DNA of 64,000 nt, from assembly GCA_013265495.1 (NCBI GenBank), contig MU058463.1, positions 1,821,523-1,885,522 on the forward strand, written 5' to 3'. The notes under the pieces are model-generated. The model worked only from the letters and a program-made list of their open reading frames with translations. It ran no database searches and had not been told where the DNA came from. The position numbers and the translations under genes were made by a program. Position 1 is the stretch's first letter. Each line of letters starts with the position of its first letter. The stretch is from Vicugna vicugna. Its lineage: Eukaryota. This document shows, one piece after another, positions 38,576-51,200 of the stretch.

Positions 38576-39968
38576 AAGTCAGTGGGAAAAACACAAAAAC
38601 AAAAACAAATTAGCAGACATCATTTACAAGCAAGTATTTATAGAAATGAGACTGTAGCTCTGATTTTTGGTTTTAATCCGTGACAGGGTTCTGAGAGTGT
38701 CTGATTACGAATCTGTGACTATTCCTCACACACTCCTGCAACGTGATGCATTTTTTCCTATAGCGTGACAACTACTGAAGGCAAACATCTAAATGTCAGT
38801 GACTCAGGCAGGCACTAAGTGTGTATTTCCCATCTGTCTTGTATGTTAGAAGAAATTGTGTCTCCAGAACCCAAATCAAGTCTCTAGAAAGAAGTGTATT
38901 TGCTGTTTCCCTTCTACTGAAAGACCCATGTGTTTACGCTTCAAGAATTGCAGCCAAATGATGGCATGATTGAGACTGAGTTCTGCGCTAGGAAGAGGAG
39001 TGGTGATGGACATTGGGGTGGACACAGATCCAGGAAGGGGCCAATGCTCAACTGGATGGAGAAACTTTCTTAGAGAATGGCCAGGGGTGGGGGGAAAAGG
39101 ATCAGAGCTCCCTCTCCCCTTCCATGTCTAGGTCTCAGCCACTTATCTGATTATTCTCCCTCCTCTTTGACTAACTGCCCGAACTAAACACATACACAAT
39201 TACACATAGAGTCTTAAAAGCTGAAAATTCTTTGGGAATTTTGGAAAACTCTGACATACAAAGCTATAGACATGCTCACCTGAATGCAATTTCTTATCCA
39301 TCCCCCAAACTATAATATCTTCTCTCCTAGTAAGACTGGCTAAAGGATTCAGTGGTCAGGGATGATCAGTCCTTGCCACACAATGAATAGCTCCTGAAGG
39401 TGGTTCTCAGGTGGTCCCCCAGGGGTAGAGAGTGGAAAGTCACCCCTCCTGACAGGCTCCTCTCCACAGCCTCCTCGGATAACGTCAAGTGGTCAGCATT
39501 AGAGCCTTCTAATTCCATCCCCTCTTATGGGATAGAGAAAAGAAACCTTCAGTGTCACAGTATTTCATTTTCCTTCTTTCCTGGGGAGTAAACTCTTATA
39601 GGAAATTGAAGATTTCTCCCAGGTATATTTAAGGCAACTATGTCTATAGGCAGCTTTCAAATTTCAGGATGAACATTCTTCCTTTCAGATCACTCAGCCT
39701 TCCGGGAGAGCAGAAAGATGAACACCCAAATGCTGAAGTTTCCACAATGATCCTTACCCCTGTGAGCTTGTGCAAATATTCTGTGCTATGTGGTGGTGAC
39801 ACTCACATTCTTTCCCTTTCCCTCTTGTGCAGAACAAGTGGTCAGCTTCTAAGGGTAATTGTACAGGAAACAGTCAACAAAGTCCTTTAGCATCTCAAAT
39901 TCATGTTTTTATTTGAATGTCCTTTTTTAAAGATGTTTACTGCTTTGTCTATCAAAATAATACCTTTA

Positions 39969-40435
39969 TGTGCTAGTCATTTATTACTATGTAGCAAATT
40001 ACTCCAAAACATATAAGCTTAAAATAACACACATTCATTATCTCCATTTTGAGGGTCTGGGGATCTGGACACAGCCTACCTAGGTCCTCAGCCAGGTTCT
40101 GTGGTCTCATCTGAAGGCTTGACTGAGGAACGATCCACTTAGAACCTCAGGCAGTGTCTCAGTGGTTGTGACAGCATCTGTTTCCTTACAGGCTGTTGGA
40201 CTGAGGCCCCTGCCCCTCACTAGCTGCTGACTGGAGGCTGCCCTCAGTTCCCAGTGCAATGGGTTCTCCTGCATGGCAGCTTGCTCGTCAAAGCACAGAA
40301 GTCAAGAAGGTGACAGAGGAAGTCTCCTAGCAAGACAGAAGTCATGGTCCATTGTAGTCTAACTATGAAAGTGACATCCTTCATCTTGGCTATATTCTAT
40401 TGCTCAGAAGCAAGTCACACCAATCCCTGGAGGAA
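39969..40435 (-). mobile_element. MaLR solo LTR (MLT1F/G-like)
   Basis: CAAATTACTCCAAAAC..GCTTAAAATAACAC, TCTCATCTGAAGGCTTGACTG and GAAAGTGACATCCTTCATC...AGAAGCAAGTCAC. Confidence 0.8.
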
Positions 40436-41168
40436 ATTAAGAAGATGCAGAAAAATTAAAAGATGGTTACCAGTGTGACAGAAAATCAACCACCTACATT
40501 TATGTTACTTCTTTCTGTTCTAATTTTGACTTCCATGTGTAAGTTAAAAAACAAAGTACCTTAGTGATCATCACACTCTACACAGTAAATCCCGCTTCTT
40601 TTTTTAAGTTACCACTCAGTTAAATTAAATTAATTATATTTAAATTAGATAATTTAATTTCATTTAGTGTAAAGATGTTCCCATATTATTACAGCACTCT
40701 CTTGTTTGCATTAAGATCTGCCAGATGATTTATCATTCTTTTTTTAAACATTCCTATGTTGGTGGTGTTTTATAATTATTTTCCTATTATAAATAGGAAC
40801 ACTGAGCATCTTTATGTACTTACTTTTTCCTCTGCAGTTTGCCATTCCCTTCTAATGGATTCTTAGAAGCAGCACTTAAAAGTTACGGTTATGTTAAAAA
40901 CATTTCATACATATTCTGAGTAGTTTCTAATATTCCTACTACTAAAATAGTATGGTGGCAGGTAAGAGATGAGACTTCAGACAGATCCTCAATCTAAGGC
41001 AAACAAGTGGTATCTCAGGAGAAAGTCAGTGAAAATACAATGATGGAGACAATGGAGGCAGGTGAGAGGCAGAGAGTTGGGCAGGATGACAGCTTGCTTA
41101 GGAAGACTGAGTAGACAGGGAAACACAATCATTGAATTGATGAAGAGGAAGCGGATGGGATGCAAGTA

Positions 41169-41311
41169 CAGTCGTCCTTAGCAACCCGTGAGGTCCTGGG
41201 TCCAGGACTCCCATAAATACCAAAACCTGAGGATGCTCAAGTCCTTTATATAAAGTGGAATATAGCTTTGCATCTGAGATTTAAACAACTTAGGATATGG
41301 AAGGCTGACTG
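41169..41311. mobile_element. TcMar-Tigger MITE (MER2-like internal deletion derivative)
   Basis: Imperfect TIRs CAGTCGTCCTT / AAGGCTGACTG are flanked by TA on both sides (41167-41168, 41312-41313). Internal GGATGCTCAAGTCCTTTATATAAAGTGG. Confidence 0.85.
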
Positions 41312-43634
41312 TACATAAGAGGATGGACAAGAGAAATGATGACAATAAGAAAGGATGGTAGGGCATCCAGGTAAATACTCAGGGGTGGGACAAAGGCAGG
41401 CACTTTGTCACTGGGACAGGTCAGAAGCCTTACTGCTAACTTAATTTGATGTTGATTTATTTGAACTACTAAAATAGGGTTCCTTCAGTTTTCCTCAGTA
41501 ACAAAATGATATTTCCCACATCTATAATTCAGCTGAGCCTACCAATGGGATTTAATTGGAGAGTCGAGGAATGGGGATTAGGGAGCAATCTGAGACTTCT
41601 GGCATCATTTAGGATCATTTTGTGTGATGGAAACAAAGAAGTTGTGAAACGAAAATAACAAGTGCTCAAAGGAGTGAGCAAAGTCTTACGGATTAGGAGA
41701 TAATTATTAAATTTTTAAGAAATCTAATTTCAATCATGTTCTTGTGCAGATTTTTAAAAAACCTTTCATCTTAATTTGAGGAACGAGAAAGTAAAAGCCC
41801 ACCTTTCTACATGGATTTTGCACAAAATATTGTTTGGAAATTTGTCCCTGGGCCAAGGAAATGGAAACATCCTACTCAGTGTGTTTAAGGTTCAGATGGC
41901 AAAATGTTTTGATTTAAAATACAGCAAAAAATCAAAAACAACTTTATATATTGGTCATTAAGATCTAGCTAGAAGAATAGTTCAACTTAGTAATTTTATT
42001 TCTCCTAAATGAGATTAAACAGTTGTGGCAATAATAATTAGAACTTCACTCCTCTCCAAAAAGATTTTTGGTAGAAAATAAAGCACTTGGAGAAAAGCCC
42101 CCATATCTCATGGGACAAGGTTATGAGAGAGGGACCAACGATGAGGCAGCTCTGCTGAGAAGGAGCAGGGCAGTGTGATAAAAAGACCGAGGCTAAGGGT
42201 TTGAGATTCCAGCCACAGCATTTGGATGTGCTATATGGAGACTCACTGCTACTCTTTCATCTCTCCCCAGGACAGGAAGTGCAGGAGCCACATAACTGAG
42301 CTCTGGTCCAAAAAAGGCAAATAGTATCACATTCAGAATCTTCCCATCCATCCCACAGAGAAGAATGCCAGTTCATAGGGGTACCCTCCCCTGGACTTGG
42401 GATGGAAGAATGAAGGGTAGGTACTTGGTTCTATTTATTTTTTGCACCCCAAACCCAAATAAATAAACACATTGTCATTGTTTGTAAGGACCTGTACTAA
42501 AAACTGTTCAGTCTGGCAGAAATCTGTTTGTAGGAGCCTGATGTAAAGACTGCTGAAATGGCGGAAGCCAGTATGTGGGTGGACCAGGAAGAATTGCATA
42601 GAGCATCTATAAAATATGCTCCCTGGTTCAGAGGTCAAGTATACAGCAATCCATATGAGGAACTTGGACTTTATGACAAAGACAAAAGAAATGCCTACAC
42701 AAACAAATCTGCTTATGTAAGCTAGCTGGATACTGAGAGCAAAAGTTGAAGCATAGGCTGATTATTACTTAGAAATTTTAATAGGATCACCTAATAAAAG
42801 TTATTATTCCTGAACATTTAGTACATAATACTGATAGCACTAAACATTACAAGCAATATATCGAATGGGGACAAAATGCTGTCCAGAGACAAACTGATGT
42901 CCTTTAATATTTTTATTTCTACACATAAATGGATAAAAAGTAAATTAAACCTTAAAGTCACAAGTGTAGAAAAACAATAACTAAATAAGGTAAGGTATAC
43001 TGTAAAAAAAAAAATTTAAGATAAATGTAAACTTTTTAGGTAAACTATTAAGGTGAGTTCTCTCTGAAGCTCCCAACCAGTGCTTTAAGAGCCCTAGTAT
43101 TGATGATATTAAAGTAAAAAATGTCCCAAATAACCACCAGAGTCATTTACTGTCTTATTTCTAGTATGCGGTCTTCCTTAGGAGGGGTTCCGTGCCACAA
43201 GGTACCCCTAATGTCTAATTCAGTGCCAGGATGCTTGATACAATTTTATTAAACGAACATTTTAATAAATAAGTTTTAATGCCATACGTTGTTTAAACCG
43301 CATATATTCTTGATCCGGTTAGTCAAATAAATATTTTGTCAAATTTAATCCGTGTGAAGACCTCCTCGCATTTCTAATTTTGCAGCACAGAGAATTCTCA
43401 AAGCCTAGATGATAAAGGCATCTTGATCGTGGCTTAGAAACAACTGCATTGTGCTTTTCCCTATAGCTAACCCTGACTCATTCTCACATGGATTTCAGAA
43501 ATATGAATAAGGTCTTCATGCAATTCATATAAGGCACAGAAAATAGGTATCATTATTTCTGTTTTAATGACAGATTTTGAGGTTAAGGTGACTCATGAAC
43601 AGCTGAGCAGCCAGTCAGTAGCAGAAACCAAAAT

Positions 43635-43800
43635 AGCACGGAAGACGCCTCCATTCCCACCCCCGCGCTCCAACCTCCCGCGCACCCTCCTCGGAGGACC
43701 CGAGCATGATGCGCCCGGGAGTGAACAGCGCGGCGGTCCCTGCAGGTTAATGAGCTGCGGAAGGAAGGGTCCGCTCTCCCTGGTGGAGAGCAGTAAGCAC
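43635..43800. promoter_or_regulatory. Small CpG-rich GC patch (orphan CpG-island-like)
   Basis: Dense CpGs (CCCCGCGC, CCCGCGCA, GCGCCCGGG, GCGCGGCGG) in an otherwise CpG-depleted window. Confidence 0.5.
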
Positions 43801-45874
43801 AGCTCACTCTCCATCTAGCAGGTAAAAGTGAAAGACAAGGAGAATTTAGAAAAGCAAGCCTCTAAAACACGGAGCTCGTTTAATTTGGAGGAGGATGATT
43901 CATTTACCTTTGAGTAATTTTCAGAAACCGCCATCCAAATCACCTAAACCGAATAATTTTTACATCCCAGAGAATGTAACCTTAAAAGGCAAACTACCTT
44001 GTATATTAGATGGGCACTGCCCAGCCCGTCTTACTCTCTGTGTGGGGGGAAATATTTTATTAGTGGGTTTCTCTGATTCTTCTTACCTACACAAGAAAAC
44101 AGTAGTAAGGCATGCTTCCACAGCAGGCTGTATAGAAGGAAATTACTTAAAAAAAAATCAACAATGGAATATAGCAGGTGTCAGTCTTTGACTTGCAAAC
44201 AAATTATTCTTGGAATTCTTAAGGAGCTTAAGAATGTTCTTAGAATATTTAAGGAGCTTAAAGGTAATTTTAAAAATGCGTTTAAAAATATTAACAATCA
44301 TCCTGTGTCCACAAACCAAATGGCCCTGAGTGGATGAATTAAAAGTTACATCCGTAATATGTTTGATAAAGTAAGATGCACCTCTCCCTCCACCATCCAA
44401 TTCAAATAATCATGTTCTCCAATGCAAATAGGAGTTTCCAGTAAGTGGAGTCATTCCTTTTCCTACACCTCTGTAACTGGAGGCATACACGTCTATCTTA
44501 CTTACTGAGGCTGCTTTCATAATTCCAGTGGGCTGGGTTCTAAGAGAAATTTTAAAACTGTTTTCCTCTCCACCAAGTTTTTTTTTTGCCACAGTGCTAC
44601 AGCGCACAGCAACCCACACCTCACAAGTAGGAGAAAAAGATAGTTATGAAAACCTTTGCTTAATTCACCCCAAAATTTCTAAATCTCTTACTGCCCACGC
44701 CACAGTCACATTATCCTTTACTCACTTCCCACACCTTCACATCATTGATCCTGCTCTTCTGATTTTCTCTGCTGTGCACTAGTGCCTCTGGTTCTCTTGA
44801 TTATCATTCATTTCTACTCTGAAGTTAAACTTCTAGAATTTCTGTTCTCCAATGCCCAACTATCCTACCTCCTCTTGAAAAACAAGTGTGAACACAAAGC
44901 AGGCAAGCCATTGTGTATACGGAGCTTGTGAACGAGATAAACTTACAAAATGTAAACCAGATGCATAAAACTCACACTTGGCCTTGAAGAACAGCCTGAG
45001 TCTGATAGAAGGACCTGAGCCAGAACAGAAGGTCCTTGTGGCGAGATGGCCGATATGGTTAGGCTGGAAAAACCTCTGCACTCCTTCCTGTGGGCACCTG
45101 AATTCCACAGGCTTGCAAATGGCAAGAATCTCTAAATAACGATTCCTTAGAGTTTTCTGCGTGCTGGTCGGAGGCCTTGTACATGGCATGTGGTTCAAGA
45201 CATGATGATTTCAGTTCCTTGAGCAAACTCGGATAAAATAGAGGGGGAAAATATTTCCCTGCTTATCCTGGACACTGTCCCATGAAAGCGAGGCAGTACA
45301 GTCAAGTTTTCTAGGGACTGTTAGTGAAATGTGACACTATTTCAGTGGAATCTAACTCATAGGTGGTTCAACAGCCTTCAATGGCTTCACACAGTGTATT
45401 TGATGTGTACAAGCTAAGTAGCACGAAGACACACATTTCCTTATTCTTTGGATGAATCCACTGGAAAAATCATATTTGGCCCATGAATCCCTTTTAAAGA
45501 CCCTGCCTCCAGACCAAGTTTGATAGTAATTGACTTCTCTCTGGAAGCTATGAACACAGTGAATCCTGAGAAATTTTAATAACTTTCATTAAGATTAAGG
45601 CTAGACCTCAGAGACGTTGGATCTATCTGGAGTAACTCCACTGTAGCAAAAGAATTCTTGGGGCAATTGTTTTGCTTTGTATTTTGTCCTGCACAGCTTT
45701 GCCCAACTTGAGATTCTGCAAAGCCAACACAGCACCACCTGCATAATCTCACATCTGTCCATCTTAATGGGGAATTTGATGCAATTGTTGAAGTTTCAAA
45801 AAAGTGGCATTGTTAGATGGAAGCTGACCTTCAGAATGAAGTGTTCTCTGGGAAGATCAAGTGACCACTGATCA

Positions 45875-46025
45875 ACCTCTAGAAATTTTTACTCTGGCAT
45901 TCATGACCCCTTCTGAGAGGATCTTGAATGAGATTCAGTTTCTAGGGAACAGCTTGAAATTATATGCCAAATGATACTATAATATCACAAAGGGGTACAT
46001 GACCCAAACCTATTAAAATTTTGCA
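45875..46025. mobile_element. hAT-Charlie MITE (MER103-like)
   Basis: CTTGAAATTATATGC...TCACAAAGGGGTACATGACCCAAA. Confidence 0.55.
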
Positions 46026-46164
46026 TCTAGAATCTTTTTATTTCATTTTTACCTTCTCTTGTTTGGTTTTTCTCCCCTCACCAATTCTTTTCCAATGATG
46101 TGTTATTACCTTTCCCACTACTATTGCTTCTCCCATTCAGTTCAGCCTGCTGCCATAAACGCTC

Positions 46165-47505
46165 ATTTTCCATTCATTCATTCATTCAATAAGCATTTGC
46201 CAAGACGCAGGTCCTGTTCTGAGTGTTAGGGTAAGAAGAGCAAAAAACAAAAAGAAAAACAAAAACCAAGATCCATGGCCTCAAGATTGATGGTCTAGTG
46301 AGGGGGGATGATCAAAAACTAGGAAACAAAAAAGTAGGATAATTTCAGATCATGATAAGTAAGATAAATGCTCTAATGGTTCTCAGGTATGTCCTTTAAG
46401 TACAATATGATAAATGGATCCTAGGTATGTTTTTCAAGAGCTGGCTTACAGTTTAGACATGGGGCAAGGTGGAAAGGTAGGTATCAAGGATTTTATCTCG
46501 AGCACTTAGAAGGATGGTGATACCATTTTCTGAAATGGAGCAGACAACTTTGGAGGGATCGTGGAAAGAGAGAACCAACAATTCTCTTAAATTTGAGATG
46601 CTACCATAGGTGATTAGGGGTGAAACTGGGGACAGAGTTTCAGTCTGGTGAGTCGTCAGCCCACAGATGGTCTTTAAGTCAACAGCCCTGGGTACTATTG
46701 TCTGTGGAGAAGACCAAAGACAGAGAATTTACAGGTCAAACAGTGTAAGACCAAGGGCCAGTATACTTTCTTGAGACATAAAGTGCTATGTATATTGCAA
46801 AAATTAAGTGATTACTATGTGCCAGACATTTAAACACATACATTCCTGGCCTTGAGAAACTTACTACCTAATGGTGGAAATAGAAACAAACAGATAACTT
46901 CAGTACAGCTTGTCAAGCACATTTTTGTTTGTTTGTTTTAGGAAATAGGTTGTTTCTAGTCCTCATGATTTAACCTAATGTATGTATATATAACTGCCAT
47001 AGCCACAGACACAGACATATAAAGACACAGGCAGATGTAGTGGTTCTGATTGTATTCAAGTCTTTCATTCATTTACAAATATACATTAGTGTATAATCTA
47101 CTCCAGGCACTATTCTAGGTCCTAGAAATACAATTGTGAAATTGTGTAATTACTGGTGCCATATTTTAGTGGGGGAATAGATATTTAACAAAAAAATAGA
47201 AATAATTGAAATTATAATTGTGGTAGAAGAGATAAAGGGTAAATACAAGGCTTTCCTAAAAGCTGAACCTGGTTTAGTCTGGCCCAGTCTGAATAAAAAT
47301 CCCATTTTAAGCCTAGACTTGAAAGATGGCTGGTGGAATTTCAGGAGGTCATAGGAGTCAAGAGTAAGTGGCAGGAATGTCATATGCAAAGGTCCCTGGC
47401 TGAGAGGGCATTTGATGTGAGAAAGGAACAAAAAGAAGACAGCGTGACCAGGAAGCGATGAAGGAAGCAGGAAGCAACTCCCTATCTCTGTCACAAGCTC
47501 CAAAA
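46165..47505 (-). mobile_element. Cluster of L2 LINE fragments
   Basis: Reverse L2 tails CATTCATTCATTCATTCAATAAGCATT (~46170) and TTCATTCATTTACAAATAT (~47064), plus CCAGGCACTATTCTAGGT and ATGCAAAGGTCCCTGG. Confidence 0.7.
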
Positions 47506-47909
47506 GAATATTGTGAGACTACACACGAAAAAGAATTCCCGGGATCAGAATCTGAGGAAATCCGATGATTTGGAATTCCAGTGACTGGTTCAGGATGTTG
47601 ATCACAACGGCAACCCACATCTGGGGTAGTTCCTGGTGAACCCTGGCTTTTAGAAGTGAGGCTGGGCCTGCCAGCTTTGGTGGGCAAGGCATTCAGGATC
47701 CCTGGTGTATTGCTTCAGATCGTCAGTCACTCCTTTTTTAGAATAATTCCCAACACTGGGTTGGAAACTCACCTTTGAAACTTCTGCATACCTAACATAA
47801 TGCTTCACTCCCATGAGACAGTCAAATGACAAATTCTTTAATTCAAGAGTGCAGATTTATGGTCATCTGGGGCAACCTAGAGGGCAGTTCCCATTTGAGT
47901 TCTCATTTG

Positions 47910-48109
47910 GAGCAGACAAATCCATAGAGACAAAAAGTAGATTGGTGACTGGCTTTAGGGATGGAGGTGGGGGGATGGGGAGTGACTGCCAGGGGGTGGG
48001 GGCTTTCTTTTTGGGTTGATGAACTGCACAACTTTGAATAGCACTGAACACTTTATATGGATAAATGTTGTGGTCTGTGAATTATATCTCAATAAAGCTG
48101 TTATAAAAC
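47910..48109 (+). mobile_element. LINE-1 3' UTR fragment (L1MB-like)
   Basis: CAAATCCATAGAGACAAAAAGTAGATTGGTG...TGTGAATTATATCTCAATAAAGCTGTT. Confidence 0.85.
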
Positions 48110-48118
48110 AGAATGGGA

Positions 48119-48257
48119 TGGGGGAAGGTATAGCTCAGTGGTAGAGTACCTGCCTAGCATGCATGAGGTCCTCAGTTCAATCCCCAGCACCCCTATTAAA
48201 AAATAAGTAAACAAACCTAATTACCTCCCTGCCAAAAAAATATTAAAGGAAAAAAAA
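48119..48257 (+). mobile_element. tRNA-derived SINE (camelid Vic-1-like)
   Basis: GGGGAAGGTATAGCTCAGTGGTAGAG...CAGTTCAATCCCCAGCACC...AAACCTAATTACCTCCC plus an A tail. TSD AGAATGGGA at 48110-48118 and 48258-48266. Confidence 0.92.
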
Positions 48258-51200
48258 AGAATGGGAAAGACTAGGGGATTTGCCAGGGTAATATCTACGA
48301 TGTATTTTTATTTTATCTTTGAAGCTGTTAAAAAGCTTTTAGAGCCACTGAAGAATCAGGATGGCCCAGAATCCTGAACTCTACCAGGTTCTCCTTTGAA
48401 CTGTTTTCCCTTGAATCTTGTTATGTGCTTAGACAGGATATGTCACCAAAAAAAAAATGGAGAAGAAAAAATGGTCTAAGGTCCCATCGCCTGCAAATCT
48501 TGGTAGGATACGTTACTGGGAAGTTTAGAGCAAAGGTGCAACTTGATACCCTTGGCATGAGAGGGAGGGAGGAGGTATGACCGGAGGATCCTTGGATGAT
48601 CTCAGACTGCAACCCTCTTAAAGTTGGATGTCAGTTGTGAATATGTGGTTAGCTGAGTTATTGAAGGAAGAGGCATTTTTATCATAGTCTCAGAGAAACC
48701 GACTGCACCCCATCTCCAAAAAAGAAAACAAAAAAAGAGGTAAGCTTTAAGAATTTGAAATAGAAAATGCAGACTTTAAAAAAAATGCCACTTCCTAGTT
48801 TAAAATCCTTTTGTTTGACCCGTTGAGGGGAGGTGGAGTGGAGAGAGGACAGGAAGAGAAGAGAGAGAGAGAGAGAAACACTAATTCCTAGTTTCTGAAA
48901 GGAGGAAGCAGTATTTCCTAAGGCATAATCTAAATCAGACTTGGTACAGCAGGAAGGGCTGATTGAATATGCTTGTTCTCTCTTCCTGTAATCATTTTAG
49001 GAAAGGGTATGGTTTTCAAGGATAAGCATCAACTCTGATGAAGCAAATGAAATGAATGAGAAAGCCATACTTCATCTAAACTCTGCAAATCAGTGTTAGC
49101 CCTCCTTACCCTCTCATTGAAGATGCCTGCCACATGAATGATTCATGGTGAACCATCAGCTCAGCACAGTCACTCTGCGAGAACACCAAGGGTTTGCTTA
49201 CACATAATTACTCAGAACTGAGTAGGAGGAAATCCCTGCGTCGGATCATGGGAGATAATGGAATTCCAACTAAGGATGCCTTGGCAAAGTAGAAGTACTT
49301 TCCCTTGGACCTTTGAAATCCTTAATGAGTTGAATCATGTCAAGTAACAAAATAAACAAGGATGAGAAACATCAGTTGAGTTTGGTCCAAAGTCTAGCCT
49401 GCTAAGGATCGGGCTCCCCCCATCATTGCTTCAACATTATACAGTTTTCTCTCAGCCAAGCCTGTGGTTTCATTTAATTTTTCGTCCTTAAATCAGATTT
49501 CAAAAGCCAGGCACTAGCTGATGGTAATTAGTAGGCATCGGGTGAAGTTTATTCTTGCTGCTCTTCCCAGGCATGCATAATTTTTGTGAAGAGAAAAGAA
49601 AATCCAATTATCCTCAAATCCAGCCAGTGTGGCTCATCTGCTGTTGTGTTAGATCTTTAGAAATGGTTCTTAACAATTGAAAGAAAGACATATGGTACTT
49701 GAGAACAGCGTCTTGTAACCTCGTTTATAATATTAAGGAAAAAAAGCCCAGTCTTGAGATCATTCTCATCCCTTTTTATGAAAATCTGACACCAGAAATA
49801 TTGGTCCTGTAAAATGTGTGACACAGAGGCGTGTTCATATTATAAGGGATTTATTGGTGACTTTATTTCTAAGGTCCCTCTTAACATTTTAAAGGATTTC
49901 CTTAAAAAATGCTCGACTTGAAATTTTCCAGGGACATTTACCCATTGCAAACTAAAAACATCTGATATTAGTTGAAGGACCCAGATTTTTCATATCAGGG
50001 AATGTGGGAATTTCTGCTCAAAGACATTGCAAAGTCTGGTTCTATAACAAAAGATTCAGTAAATCAAAGTATCTCACTCATGAAATTCCTTCCTGAAATG
50101 TCGGTTAATTTTGGAAACTTCATTGCTCTTTGAGTTACTGCAGTGACTTAAATATTACGAAAGTAAATATTAAACAAAATTTCGGTAATAAAATACACCC
50201 TTTATCGTTTGGATTAACATTGTTTAGGTCATATTTTTCTTCTGCCCACATTTATCTCTAAGGAGTAAACATGGCATGAAAGGTGAACTATATCCAAGCT
50301 GTTTTTATTTGTTGTTTGTTTAAATCATGTTTTGCTCAAGAAAATCTTCTTCTTGCAAGTGAAAACTGAGAAAAGAAACTAATTGAAAAACTTCAAGTTT
50401 ACATTTTTAAATGAGTCTGTATTGAACCCTTGTGATGAAAGCATTAGTTCAAGGACACTTTGTGTGTGTAATTGATTCTCATCATCCACCATATTCCTGA
50501 ATAGACGTATTGTTACGATCAATGATTCTATGTCATAGACAAGCAGAAGGACCATCCCAAGATGGCAAGACCCTCTTTAGCTCTAAGGGATTTTTTTCTT
50601 TCTTTTTTACCAAATTTGTGACAAAACATGGATTATGGACAGAATTCTTTAGACATAAAGCTTTTTTTCCTGTCCAGATAATAGTTTGATCATACTGTGT
50701 TTCTGCTAAAGGACTTCTAACAGGTTCTGAGGGAGCAGAAGCGTGAATAAGACCCAGCCTCTGTTTTGAGGAGCTCACAGTTTAGGGTGGCACATGAACA
50801 CTTCAACGTATATGTGATATACTGCACCGTAGTAACAGCATTCAAGATTTAATTAAGGAAGAGGTAAATTTAAGGGAATAACAACCAGAAGAGGGAATCG
50901 TTGATTGAAACCTTGAAGGATAAGTAGGTGTCTATCATAAGGATTTGAATTTTGTCTGGCAAGTTCATTAATATATATTGTAAGCCTTCAAAAATAAGTA
51001 TTACACAGAAGAGCTAAGAAGATGCTAAGCTAGTTTTCTCCCCCTTGACACACTTCTCCAGTTTTTGCAGCAGCCTTATGAAGTTCCTGAGACTATTAGC
51101 GCCTTACAAATAAGATACAGGCCCAACGCAAGTCGATTCAGTAAGCCGAAGAGCTGACAACATATTCATTCTTCTGACTCTGAGGCCTTTGTTCTTTCTT

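Noticed and set aside
43567..43818. Three overlapping ORFs on both strands
   Set aside because: Explained by the scarcity of stop codons in the GC-rich patch. No recognisable protein.
48121..48195. tRNA gene (also ~18285-18360 and ~8345-8412)
   Set aside because: The A/B boxes are present, but the stems are degenerate and each is followed by a SINE tail and TSD. These are SINE heads, not tRNA genes.
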